Shown: positions 28,455 through 41,550 of the stretch, in pieces
Position numbering within the stretch: position 1 is the stretch's first letter
Layout: every line of letters begins with the position of its first letter
Assembly (NCBI GenBank): GCA_951406725.2
Contig: OX597814.1
Coordinates: 69,068,001 to 69,132,000, forward strand
Reading direction: 5' to 3'
DNA: 64,000 bases
DNA from: Octopus vulgaris
Lineage: Eukaryota
Notes under the pieces: model-generated
The model's database searches: none
Told to the model about the DNA's origin: nothing
What the model saw: the letters and a program-made list of their open reading frames with translations, nothing else
Made by a program: the position numbers and the translations under genes

Positions 28455-29294
28455 ATATATGGCCGCAGCTCTGAGCTGAAACTAGAAAAAAAATATAAAG
28501 AATATGAAGGGTTTAGATGTTCTAAACGAATAGGTACTTGCGCAAGTGATATAATTGGTTATCTGTTAGGTTCTAAGATCACGGCTGACGCTGGGTCTAG
28601 GGATTCGTGGTAGGCTTCAGAGTTAGAAGGTATATATTAAAGGACAGGCTTCTTTCAGTTTCCGTCTACGAAATCCACTTACAAATCTTTGATCGGCCCG
28701 AGGAAGAGGACACTTGCTCAAGGTGGCACGCAGTGAAACTGAACTAGAAACCATGTTGTTAGGAAACAAGCTTCTTACCACACAGCCATGCCTGCGCGGC
28801 ATACTTAAAGAAGGCTTTAGGGTTTGATAGTATATTTTTTATTACCCAGGCTTCTTTTCCCGCTCTTTATTTTTCATGGGAGCTTTTCAAATGTTTGCCA
28901 GTCTCCACTGCTGGAGAAAAATCCCGCCTGTTTCCTAGGTGGGATTTTTCATTATCATTGAGTTCTTTGTTAAAACGGTTTGGGATCTTTGTACATCGTC
29001 TATTAAGAACTATTCTCTCCCTGGAAATCTTGCTCTGATGTGCAGTGATCTTTCTCTCGGAGAAAACTTGTAGCATATGTGTGTGTGTGTGTGTGTGTGT
29101 GTGTTCTTTTATTCTTTTACTTGTTTCAATCATTTGACTGTGTCCATGCTGGAGCACCACCTTTAGTAAAACAAATCGACCCCAAGAATTACTCTTTGTA
29201 AGCCAAGTACTTATTTTATCGGTCTCTTAACAGAGCCGCTATGTTACGGGGATGTAAGCACACCAACCTCGGTTGTCAAGCGATGGCGGAAACA

Positions 29295-29327
<33 letters not shown>

Positions 29328-29803
29328 GGTTCAAAATATGTGGAAAACATAAAAACTGAAGGAGAATTGCCTTCGTTTCACATAGTTTAATATCTTTTTA
29401 TACATATATATATATACATTATGGATGTCGTGATATACAAACGGTTTTCGCTATTTAAATTAGCTTTTCAAGGGACATTCCTTGTGACAAAGGAATCTCA
29501 CCATTTTGGATACTTGGAAAGTAAGAATGAGACTACAGAGCAGACAAAGTGAGGCAACAGGAGGCAAGGGGGACAACTAACTCCTCAGTATAATTTTTGA
29601 AATAAGAATGTGTAAGGATCAGGTAGTCAAATTTGTATATTAAGTAGTGGTCTGTACTTTAGTATGAACAGGTTTTCTTTGTTTTAGGCGTTCTTGTAAG
29701 GAGATTGAATCTTTGCATTGGTATAATGGAAAGATATGGAAGCTCACAATTTTGCCGCGTGGTGTATACTGATTCTCCAGTATTTTTGCTCCTTTTATAT
29801 TTC

Positions 29804-29880
<77 letters not shown>

Positions 29881-29954
29881 TAATAAATAAAACATATGCA
29901 TATATACATACATATATGTACGTAGCTACCTTTACATGTATATATACATGCATA

Positions 29955-30380
29955 TATGGGTACAGGACACCAAAAAAACCTCGAACACAATGAGAAACGA
30001 AAACATAAACACAAAACCAAGGAACTGGACATTTTTCTTAAACAACGAAAAAATAGAGTACAAGACAAATAACACAAGGAAAATTCCCCTTCTTCAGTCG
30101 CCATGGTTTCATCTACTCTGCGTTTCGAAGGTGAAGGTGATACGCATCTTCGATAGAAACTTTCCTTCCCGTGAAAAGCAAATTAAATAAAATTTGAGAT
30201 CTTTTTGCGAAGGGGTAAAAATGGTAACAAAAACAGGACAGTAACGACAGTACAAAATATAAACAGTAAAAGACAGGACAAGGAGAATAACAAGACAAGA
30301 AGGGCTGTTAAGCCGAACGCGATAAAAGTATTACGAACGCTATTTTTGAGAACGGCGAAGGGGCAACAGAAAATGCCATA
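29955..30380 (-). mobile_element. Non-coding repeat in a (TA)n context carrying a scrambled hammerhead-like motif
   Basis: Shares its terminus (TGTCCTGTACCCATATA) with 45830-46040; structured core at 30076-30167. Confidence 0.6.
30076..30167 (-). ncRNA. Candidate scrambled-topology hammerhead ribozyme (family 2)
   Basis: TGCG TA TCACC ttca CCT tc GAAA CGCA ..16 nt.. GGCGA CTGAAGA AGG, enclosed by AAGGAAAGTT/AATTTTCCTT. Confidence 0.65.
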
Positions 30381-30389
30381 TATATATAT

Positions 30390-30577
30390 GACGGGCTTCT
30401 TTCAGTTTCCGTCTACCAAATCCACTCACAAATCTTTGGTCGGCCCGAGGCTATAGTAAAAGACACTTGCCGAAGGTGCCACGCAGTGGCACTGACTCTG
30501 GAACCATATGGTTGGGAAGCAAGGAGTGGCTGTGTGGTAAGAAGCTTGCTTCTTACCGCACAGCTACTCCTACGCCT
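30390..30577 (-). mobile_element. SINE head copy with an internal inverted duplication
   Basis: Matches 27985-28149. Confidence 0.8.
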
Positions 30578-31774
30578 ATATATACATACTTACATATATA
30601 TATATATAATTCCAAAATAGTTAGAGGCAGTTAATCCAACCAAGGGATAATATCTATAAAATTCTACTACTGGTAGAAAACCCAACTAATAATACACAAG
30701 TGTTTTTTTTTATTTGCATGGCAATTACACTACTGAATGTAATAAATGGGTGAGGGCAAGAAAGGTTTTTTTACCCTTAATTTATACAGCAATAAGAAAC
30801 TGTAGGTGATCAAGAGGTGGTACTCATCAACTTTTAGATATTATATTATGTCTATTTATTTATTTAAAAAAACATTATAACAATATACATACATGTATAG
30901 CATAATATGCTTTACATATACAATATATAAAAATACCAGTAATTATTAAAATATATAAGGTATACATTGTATGTTTATTGTTATAAATTTTTAAAATATT
31001 TTTTTTCTTTTTCTTTTTTTCTTTTTCCTTTTCTCCTCTCTTCCCTTCTCCAAACTCACAGACACCCACACAAACACACGCACACACACACACACACACA
31101 GACAGACACACACACACACCTCCACAAAACAATCATAAAAAGAATTCTTCTCTAAACCCAAAAAACCATTTGACCATCCCTCATTAAACACACACACACT
31201 CCCTCTTTCTCTCACAATGATAAAAAGAAATATAATTTATGCTCTACCTCCCCGCCACCACACACTCAATAACACTGGTTATTGGTCAAAACTGAAATTC
31301 TTTTCCCCCAAGATCTTAAACCCCCCTTGGAATAAGCATCCTGTCCAGCAGAGCAAAAAAATTATTTTCTTCTTCTTCCCTCTCCCTTCCCCTCTTTTTC
31401 TTTAGCACTCATTCCAAATACAAAAACACACACACATGCACGCACACACGCACACACACACACACATGCTCTCTCTCTCTCTCACTTTCTCCTCACCCAT
31501 CACCCTCTTGTACTGTCTTATATTCCTCCCCACCACTACAAACTCAATACCACTATAAAATGGTCAAAACTTTTCACACAGGAACTTAGTTTGATTTCAA
31601 AAACCCCACTAGAATGGGAGAAAGCGCTAATACATGATCTGAGTTATATGATGTATAAAAAATGTAATATACAAATAAATATCTATAAATATAAACCATC
31701 CGATTTTCTGAGTACCTCATTTCTTCTAATATAAAATACCTGTACATCATCTCCAAACCTTCCAATACATATAT

Positions 31775-34700
31775 TTGGATGTACAAGACATCAGAATGGA
31801 TGGACAAATATCAGATCCGCAAACAGAAGATACCAAAAATACAGAAAACATCGAAAAGAATGGAACAGAATCAGACCCAAAACAGGTTTATACCAAACAC
31901 GCAGAAGACCTAACACAAATCTGCAAAATATGCAATACCGAAATAAATAATACAGAAGCACATCTTCAACAGGGGAATACCAGGAGCATGGAAGATCTAT
32001 TCACAGAAACCTGTAGTAAGTTGAATTCGCTTCTTTCAAAAATTGATACACTCTTTGCAAACATTGCTTTAACAATAAATATGATCCAAACACAAAATAT
32101 TCTCTCTAAAAATAATCAAGCAAACACAACTGACAACACAAATCTTTTGGCGGGACCACCCCAATCACAAAGGAAATCAAATGATGAAGAAACAAAAACT
32201 GACACAAACCAAGAAAAACCTTCAAACCCCCAAGACTGGAACAAACTTCTAAACCAACGTAAACATGCTTATTGGAAAAGCATACGCTGTAAGAACATAG
32301 CCAGCATATACCAAAACTGGCGGGACATGAAGAACCCAATACTCCCTAGAAAATTCCTTATCAAAGAAATAAGGGGTGAAACACTAGAAGAAACAACAAA
32401 AGGTGCAAACCTAGCCCTTTGCCGACTAGAAACGGAAATTTCCCTTCTGCAAACACGAAGCTCACACCAGGAAGATAAGATTAAAACAATTGATACCGTC
32501 ATAATGGCCGAGATAACAGAAAGGAACAATAACCAAAACAAAGAAAAACTACAACAATTATGGAAAGAGGATACCAAACGAGAGGAGGAAAGATCTGGAA
32601 TTATGTGGACCAAACAACAGGAGTGGTTTTTAAACTATGAAAAGAACTATGGGGAAAATCAATTATGAAGACAAAAAAAGTACCAAAACAAATGAAAAGA
32701 TACAACAAACCAACACCACAAACATATTGGACTACCAGACATCCAAATAAGCCCTACCAAACACAAACCGAACCCCCCAATAAACAGACACACAAAATAT
32801 GAAAGACAACCATCAACTCCAAACCCCACAAAAACACACAAGCAGCAAGACGAGCACGATACATACAACCAACAACCTATATCAATTGGAGAGAACAAGT
32901 AGAATATGAACAACCACCAACACATAACACTGGACATCCTAAAAGGACACACACTTGGAACAATAAACAAGTGGAGAGATATCAACACATAACCTACAAC
33001 AAACATCGAGGAAATCCAAACCACACGAACACCAACCCCATGCAACCCCACAAATTTACAAGATGGATAAAAAACAACCCCCACTATCAATACAATACAA
33101 ACACAATACATGAACCATCCACCTACCCACAAAGAAACCTGAACCCAAGTAATAGAAATTGGCTCATCAAACACAGAAGATGGGAAGAAAACATCTACCA
33201 AAGACAAAACAACACATACAGACCACACAGACCACCCCTTCTACTACAAGAAAACCTAAGGACTGAAAATGGAATTCGGAGACGCAACAACACAACCCCT
33301 TTTTTAGGGAAAGGATATTTCAACCATACTCCAGACCCAATATACCAAAAATTTCGGATGAACTCACAAAACACATAGACCCCAAAATAATAAACCTATC
33401 TAAAAGAGAACTTAACGAAAATGAAATGAACCTACTACTAAAAGGCCTCAAATTTGCATCTACACCCACTCCAAACCTCATAGAACTAAAAACTGATATA
33501 GACAATTTCAGCCGCCACCTCTGCCTTATGGAATTCTTTGAAAATAAAGAAACAGAAGATAACTCAATCATAAGAAAAAAATCTCATTTTACCCCTTACA
33601 AGGGAAGTGACAAACACCTTGACGCATGCATAGAGACAATATCCAAATTCGCTCTCAACACACACAAATGCAAACAGAATCTCCACAGAGGAGAAAAACA
33701 AGCCTTACAAAAACTAAAAAATGACAAGTCAATCATTATAAAAGAAGCTGACAAAGGTGGAGCAATAGTTATTATGGATACAGATTACTACAAAGAAAAG
33801 ATACTGGAGTTACTGAACAACCAGACATACTATAAAGAGGAACGAACACCACCGGAGAAAGCAACAATAAAAAAGAATTAGAACTTTAGTCAATGAATAC
33901 CAGGACTCCTTTACAGATAAGGAGAAAGACTATCTATGCAACTCAAGAACCAAAGATAGTAACTTTTATGGATTACCTAAAATTCATAAAAGCTCTGAAA
34001 TACAGGGAGCCATAAAGGAACAGAGGAACCACTATATAAGAATACAAAGGCCTGGAGACCTCACAATGAGACCAATAGTGGCAGGACCCCAGGCACCAAC
34101 ACAACAACTAAGCCACTTCATAGATGTACTCCTCAAACCTTTATGCCCACAGATACCAAGCTACATAAGGGATGACATAGACTTCCTCACACACATTCCA
34201 AATACAGTCCCGAAAAACACCATACTTGCAAGCTTCGATGTCACAAATCTATACACAAACATACCACACACCCTAGGTCTGGAAGCAATAAAACAATCGA
34301 TAAAAAAATACAGGGAACTCATAGACGAACGTTTCAAGACAGACTTCATCGCCCAAGCCACCCAATTAATACTCGAAGAAAATACATTCTCATTCAACAA
34401 CAAGACATACCGACAGATAAAGGGCACGGCTATGGGTACAAAATTCGCACCTTCATATGCCAACCTGGTGATGGGTTTCCTGGATAACAAACTATACGAT
34501 GAAATAGGGAAAGTCTTCGAACACGACTTCAGAGAAGACATCAAGAAAAAGTGGAAACACTACCTCGATGACTGCTTCATCTTTTGGAACAGATCAGAAG
34601 AAGACCTACGAACATTCCACAACATCCTCAACATGCTGACCCATCTATCAACTTCAGAATAGATACCAGCCACAACGAACTTCACTTCCTAGACATCAAC

Positions 34701-35570
34701 ATCAAAATACACAACTCCATCATCACAACAGACATCCACTACAAAAAAACTGACACACACCAATATTTAAATTTCCACTCCTGCCACTCAAAAAGAAACA
34801 TCCCACATAGTATGGCAAGACGAATATGTAGCATAGTAACTGACTCACAAACACGACTAATAAGACTAGATGAACTTAAAAACTTCCTACTAGAGCAAAA
34901 ATACTCCCTTAAACTAATAGAAAATGGAATCACAAGAGCAATGAAACTAGACATCGCTCAACCCAGGACACCCAAAACAAAAAACAAAGAAAACATTATC
35001 CCTTCCATAAACACGCACAACCCTGGAGTTACATGTTCCAAATCATACATTTAAACCTGCCAATAGCCTTACAAAGCCCCATAAAAACAGTAGACGACAA
35101 GACAAAAACCTAAAGAAACATCTAACAAGAGCGAAATTCTCTTCAGAAACTAAAACTGAATTCTTTGCAAAAGAGTGTGGAGATGGTAGCTGTGGGATCT
35201 GCAGCAACCCCACCTACAAATACATAGAGGGAGACAAAGAGATGAAATTTAAAAGTGGTCACGTATTTAAAGTAAATGCAGATATGAACTGCAAGACGCA
35301 GAACGTTATATACTGCATAACCTGCCCCACGTGCAAGGAGGATTAATAGGTGAAACTGGAAATTCTTTGTGTCAGCGAGCCAGGATTCACCGACAACATG
35401 TTCGGCAGGAAGAACTACGCAAGATACCACTGAGTACACACCTAGCTACATGTGGAGAAGGAAAATTCAAGATCTTTCCCTTCTACAAATGTCCGAAGAA
35501 CGACACCTCTTTCAGGAGGAATATGGAAAAATATTTCATAGCTAAGTTCTCCCCCAAATTAAATGGCTGA
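31775..35570 (+). pseudogene. PLE ORF (N-terminal extension + RT + GIY-YIG), broken into at least 6 pieces
   Basis: Colinear ORF fragments in different frames, homologous to 53240-55246. Confidence 0.88.
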
Positions 35571-35627
35571 AAATATCTCTATAATAAGCTGTACCAGATG
35601 AAGGACCAAATTTGCTAAGTAACTATT

Positions 35628-35629
<2 letters not shown>

Positions 35630-35672
<43 letters not shown>

Positions 35673-35677
35673 CACAC

Positions 35678-35718
<41 letters not shown>
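35630..35718 (+). repeat. (CA)n microsatellite
   Basis: Seen directly. Confidence 0.95.
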
Positions 35719-35722
<4 letters not shown>

Positions 35723-36043
35723 TCTACACATATGTTTTGGTTTTTGAAAATACAACATTGAACAAAGGCTATCCTAATATTTGAATGAAACCATTTCACT
35801 TTAATTTGTGGAACCAGTTGCTCCTGTATGATAAAACTTAATATTTATTTAACTGTCAATCAGTGAGATATTAGACAAATCAATTGAAGATCAGACATCA
35901 GACTCAGTAATTGTCAGTTTGTATTCTGTCATTTGTAACTTCAACACAAGAGAGTCTCTTTTTCAAGTATGGACTTTATGAAAATTTACACATCATACAA
36001 GGACAAATCTTTCAATTTACAATTTAATATAGTGGAGCATTTA

Positions 36044-36098
<55 letters not shown>

Positions 36099-36814
36099 TA
36101 CGTATTATATACATTATATTATTTTTGTAATTTACTTAATCTTTACTTTTTAATTGTCATTTTAATTTTAACTTTTCTATGATATGTAATTTTCTAGATG
36201 GTGTAATTTAATTATTCATTTTGAATTGATAAAAGGTGTTTTTTTCTAATATTTTATGTATATGTATGTATATATATATAGTGGTATAAATATCAACACA
36301 ATTATTTCTCCTTCCTCTTTTTTCTTTTTTTTTCTTTTTCTTTTTTTCTTTTTCCTTTTCTCCTCTCTGCTCTTCTCCAAATTCACTGACACCCCCCCCA
36401 CACACACACACACCTCCACAAAACAATCAAAAAAGAATTCTTCTTCTCTAAACCCAAAAAACCATTTGACCATCCCTCATTAAACACACACACACATGCT
36501 CTCTCTCTCTCTCACTTTCTCCTCACCCATCACCCTCTTGTACTGTCTTATATTCCTCCCCACCACTACAAACTCAATACCACTATAAAATGGTCAAAAC
36601 TTTTCACATAGGAACTTAGTTTGATTTGAAAACCCCACTAGAATGGGAGAAAGCGCTAATACATGATCTAAGTTATATGATGTATAAAAAATGTAATATA
36701 CAAATTTATATCTGTAAATATAAACCATCCGATTTTCTGAGTACCTCATTTCTTCTAATATATATATATATATATATACATACACAAGAAAAAAACAACA
36801 AGAATGGATTAGTT

Positions 36815-36905
36815 GTTCAGTACAATTGTTTCATACGAAGAACAGCTTTATTAAAAGCTGCAAATATTGCAGCAAATACAAGTGTCCCGTATTCATCAGC
36901 CAAAA
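36815..36905 (-). ncRNA. Type I hammerhead ribozyme motif in the PLE 3' region
   Basis: TTTGG CTGATGA ATACG..CGTAT GAAA CAATTG TA CTGAA; predicted cleavage between 36821 and 36820. Confidence 0.8.
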
Positions 36906-37400
36906 CACATATGAGTTTTCCAAACATCCTAGGGGGTGAGGGTACACTCATGAAGTATCGAAGAGAGTTCTATGAAAAGCAAAGTTAAATTGTAAGCAGA
37001 CTTCAAAAGTTCTCTAATGATGCACAGTTTTATAAAAGGTTTTTAAAAAGTTTGTTAGCTTCACAGAAAAGGTAAATCCATCCGTAATAATGCAGGTGTA
37101 ATTTCCGGAGAAATGAGGAGATATTTCATACTCAGAGAAGATGAATGTATCCATAATAATGTAGATGTAATTTCCTGATATATGAGAAGATGTTGATCAC
37201 ACTTCTATTCGTTTCACAAAACTACTATGTTGGAAGAAGAGATTGACTATATTGGCTAAAAGAAGTCTCAAAAGAAGTCAGTGAGTTTTTTAAAAGAATA
37301 TTTTATAGTATTCAAATACAAATCATTTTCCTTGTTTCTGCCTGTCTCTGTCTCTCTTGTTTACTCATGTGGGTTCGAGGTCGTTGTGAATTCTTAGCAG

Positions 37401-37551
37401 AGAAGAAGAAGAAGAAGAAGAAGAAGAAGAAGAAGAAGAAGAAGAAGAAGAAGAAGAAGAAGAAGAAGAAGAAGAAGAAGAAGAAGAAGAAGAAGAAGAA
37501 GAAGAAGAAGAAGAAGAAGAAGAAGAAGAAGAAGAAGAAGAAGAAGAAGAA
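37401..37551 (+). repeat. (GAA)n microsatellite
   Basis: Seen directly. Confidence 0.95.
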
Positions 37552-40500
37552 TGCGGGAGTGCTATGATATTAGTAGGTTGTTAAATAGCCAAGTGCCCTG
37601 AAAGTGACTTGTGGATGGTAGTAGTGATTGGATTCTTGAGAAATCCCTTTTGAATGTATTGTTTATAATATTTGCGTAGGTGTTATCCTAAACAACAGTA
37701 GTAGTAAAGTAAGGAAGGAGGTGGCAGAGAGGAAGAAGACGAAGAAGAAGGAGAAAGAGAAGGTAGAATGAGAAGGGAATGCAGCTTGTATGATAGTAGT
37801 AGGATGTTAAATGGTCAAGTGACCTAAAAGTGATACATTGTGGATTATAGCAGTGATTGGGACTGTTTTTAATGAATTCTTGGGTATCTCTTGAATATAT
37901 CATTTTTAATATTTGCGTGTGTCTTATTCTAAGACCGTGGTGGATATGTCGCTTGTTGTAGATGCGTTCAAAAGGGGTCTGTATTCTGTAATAAAGAGAG
38001 TATCTTTACTAATTCGTTGGCTACGGGTTGTATCGTCCCTGAATTGGTAGAGGGGAAAATTCTGAAGCTTGGATTTTTGTTATTGGCACAAATGTCGATG
38101 TGTTGGCTGAATGCTATTTTTCTGTTTTGGGGAATTTTGATCTGGGATCTGTGCAGAGCCATCCTTTGACGTAGACTGTTTTTTGTTTGGCCTATGTATT
38201 GCACTTGACACCCAACCTAGGTTGGTGCGTATATCAGGTTCTCTGAAGCACATGTGAAGCCGCTTTTCACTGTGAACCGTTGTTCCTGTTTGAAGGAGAA
38301 TTTTAATCCCTCGTTTAAATTGACGCATATCCCACAGTTGGGTCTTCCGCATTTTTTACTGACGGCTTCAGTGTTGTTGTTGAGCGTATTCGGACTTGTG
38401 TTAGGAGACTTTTTATAGATCTGGGCTGTCTCTTGCTTTTTATGATGGTATTTGTTTGGAAGATTAAGTTCATTCTGTGGTCCTTTTTTAGCTGGGGAAT
38501 GTTTTGAAGGATGGTGTCGAAGGCTTCATTGTTAAGAGGGTTGTGTGTGGAGATGTATGGTAGGGCTTTTGGCTGTAAGTCCTTCTTTAATTTGGGATGT
38601 CCGAGTTCGTGGATGTTGGGTTGTAGGGTACGTTGAAAGCATATGTTTACGTCAAGTCTATTTCTTGGAATTTCTTTAAGTCTCTCTATACTTTCATGCC
38701 AAAGAATGAAACAGTTATCCAGGTATCTCTTCCAGTTATTTTCTATGTAGAGGGAGAATGGACTGCCGTATTTTTCTAGAACCTTACAATAAAGACAAAT
38801 TTCTAGATATCCTATGACTAGATTAACAAAGGAGGGGACCATTCTCGTACCCATCGTAGTCTCTGATTTTTGTCGATAGAAGTCGTCGTTGAAGACGAAG
38901 TAGTTATTCTCTAAGATGAATTTTAGCCCTTCTATCACGAATTCTTTTTTGATACGATGTGAGAGTTCGTTGGTGTAATTCTCTAGCCAGAATTGAATTG
39001 CCTCTATTCCTAGGCTGTGGGGGATATTGGAATAGAGGTTGACTGCAAGTGAAGGATACTAGTAGAATGTTTTTGTTTATTGTTTCAGGAAGGTGATTGA
39101 ACATATCCAGGTTGTCCTTTATGTAGCTTTTGACATGCTTGAGGAATGGTTTTACGGGGATATCTAAAAAGTTACTGAGGCGGTAGGTTTCGCATGCGGG
39201 ACCAGCTATTATAGGTCTCAATTTAAATCAGTACTGCATTGTCTACCTAGATTGTGATAGTGCTACTGAGAATGCTGACATCGTGAAAAAAACTTTTAAA
39301 ATTTTCATGCAAAACAATTTAAAGACTGATAACGTTCAATATTTCATTCTTGGATATGTACATTTTTATATAGCGTAAAATATAAAACAAAATAGTACTT
39401 TGGAAATTTTAGTTAAGAAGTTTGTGCCAAGAAATCGTGGCAGCGTCGAACACAAAAGAAAACGATGTGAACTAACGGTTGAAATTCACGTACAAATAAA
39501 TACGTTCGAGCCTCAGTTTGAGTAACTCGGGAAGAACAGAGCAATCCGGATGTTTCAGTACGAGTAATAGGAGTTACCTTTGTGTGTGCCCTCCCCATCC
39601 ATACATTAAACATTCACCATTAACCCCCAATTCTATGAAAATTGAGATGTCAACTTTCTGAAGGCTTATTTTTGTTTGAACACAAACCGAGCAAAAGTAA
39701 ATTTATACAAGATATTTAAAAATACCAATACTGATCTTTTTTGTTCGTTTACAGCTCTAAATGGAACAATATTTTTTGCTTATCATTGAATACAAATTAA
39801 ATTTATTGTAATGCTAAGAAATCATAACACGAAAGGAAACTACGTTAATGGGCAGATAAAAATGAAGAACAATAAAAAAACATCTGCCTGGCAACTACAA
39901 AAAATTGTATGAGTAAAATAAAGCAAAGCACAAAGGAACATGCATCTGTAAGTCAACGGACACCATATGACCGAAGCGCAAATTAAGTTAAGAATAAAAG
40001 AGAAAGTAACAAAAATAGTAACGTTTTATTAAAACCCGAAAGAAAAATTTGCTACGGGCTTGGATTGAGCGTCTTTTCAAGAGACAATAACTATCAATTT
40101 AAAACCGGTTTTTTTTTTGGGGGGGGGGGGGACAAGCTCAGGTTTTGTAACGCGCTAAAATTTGAAGGTGAGGCATGAAACTACTTTTTTGATAAAGACA
40201 ATGTTTAACTCTAGCTATTGTCAGACCTCAAAAAAAATTTTAAATGCTTTTTGTGGCAGTCTTTTCTTTGGCAAAATCAGGAGTTTCAACATCATCAATA
40301 ATGGTTTCCTATATGTTGTTAAAAGACAACAGTAACAGGATACAGTGCAGTATTGAAACTAAACGGAAAGGTTTATAGACCCATTTATGCAATTTAAAAC
40401 CATTGACCGAAATTTGCTTAAATTTTCTCTGACAATACATAATATGAGATGATGAACAAACTCAGTAACAATACGTCAATGAATTCTATCATGATAGATG

Positions 40501-40724
40501 ACATGATTGCTTATAGCGCATCATCCATACATTGAGGGTCCAAGTCTGTTATTGAGCTGACTAGAGAAAAGATTTAATTGGTATGAAGAGCAGAAAAGAA
40601 AAGTAAGTAAAACGACTGGTCTGCAACTCGATGAGGCCTTGATGTAGTTGCTTATTAACGTGGAGATAGTTTGCAACATATACAAGAGACACGTCATTAC
40701 TTCAATGCAGCAATATATGTGTAC

Positions 40725-40794
<70 letters not shown>

Positions 40795-41550
40795 ATGTGT
40801 ATGCATGTCTGCATGCATACACACAAACACATGTACAAGCATAACAACATACCGGTGCAGTTGCTTTCTCTTTGATTTTTGTCTGTATTCACAACTATGC
40901 TACATCTTTTTATCAATTTTAGGTGATAATGTCCGCATACATTCCCTCACTCACACAACTACTATAAACCATTCCTACATGGAACCACCCTCGAGAAGCA
41001 GTTTGGAAATTGTTGATAACTCTTGAAATGAAATTTTATACACGCAAACACAAACACAGGCATGTATACGCACATAAATATACATAGCTATACACAGGCA
41101 GATACTTATGTATAGATATATACACACAAACACACACATATGTATAGAAAAGATAATAAATAGAGGAAAATGCACGGTTCCTTTAGTATTGTAAATGATC
41201 AAACTATTTCACAATACATCATTCCATACCTATCTCACTTCAAATGACAGATAATCATTGTAATGTACACGAGTAATGGCTGGCTGTCAGTTAAAACAGC
41301 CAGCCATGACGTCTCACCATTGCAGGGCAGGATTCGTGACAGACAAACTGTAGACAGAAACTTCGCTGCGGGCTAGGTAGGAAGTTGATCAGCAGAAAAA
41401 GAAAAGGTACTTCCGGTAGGAGAAGAAAGAACAAAAGAATGCCATCAGTGAGTGTCAAACTAATCTGAATGAACTAAACAAATAACTGGCGACTGAGGTA
41501 TTCTCGTCTCCGCTAGTTTGTTTGCGTATAGCTTACCAAAGCTATACCAT

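Larger units (their letters stand above)
31000..36762 (+). mobile_element. Long Penelope-like (Neptune-type) element, decayed, bounded by direct pseudo-LTRs
   Basis: LLLKGLKF..P, IIIKEADKGGAIV, RPIVAGP, SFDVTNLYTNIP, GTAMG, YLDD, Cys-rich linker and GIY-YIG at the C-terminus; direct repeats ~31000-31732 and ~36328-36762. Confidence 0.88.
36785..39225 (-). mobile_element. 5'-truncated, decayed Neptune-type PLE with a 3' non-coding region
   Basis: RPIIAGPAC, FILENNYFVFN, WKRYLDNCFI, QYIGQTKNSLRQRM..HR; hammerhead near the 3' end. Confidence 0.85.

Noticed and set aside
29436-29592. Possible minus-strand hammerhead (CTGAGGA..GAAA ACCG TT)
   Set aside because: Stems are short and weak, stem II would enclose ~130 nt and the cleavage triplet is poor; could be chance
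32666-32668. TGA after the PLE N-terminal ORF as a selenocysteine codon
   Set aside because: The element has many other stops and frameshifts, and its endonuclease is C-terminal, unlike the Sec-containing Naiad group
40518-40602. Possible host exon (AG..GTAAGT)
   Set aside because: Stops in all three frames and no other support
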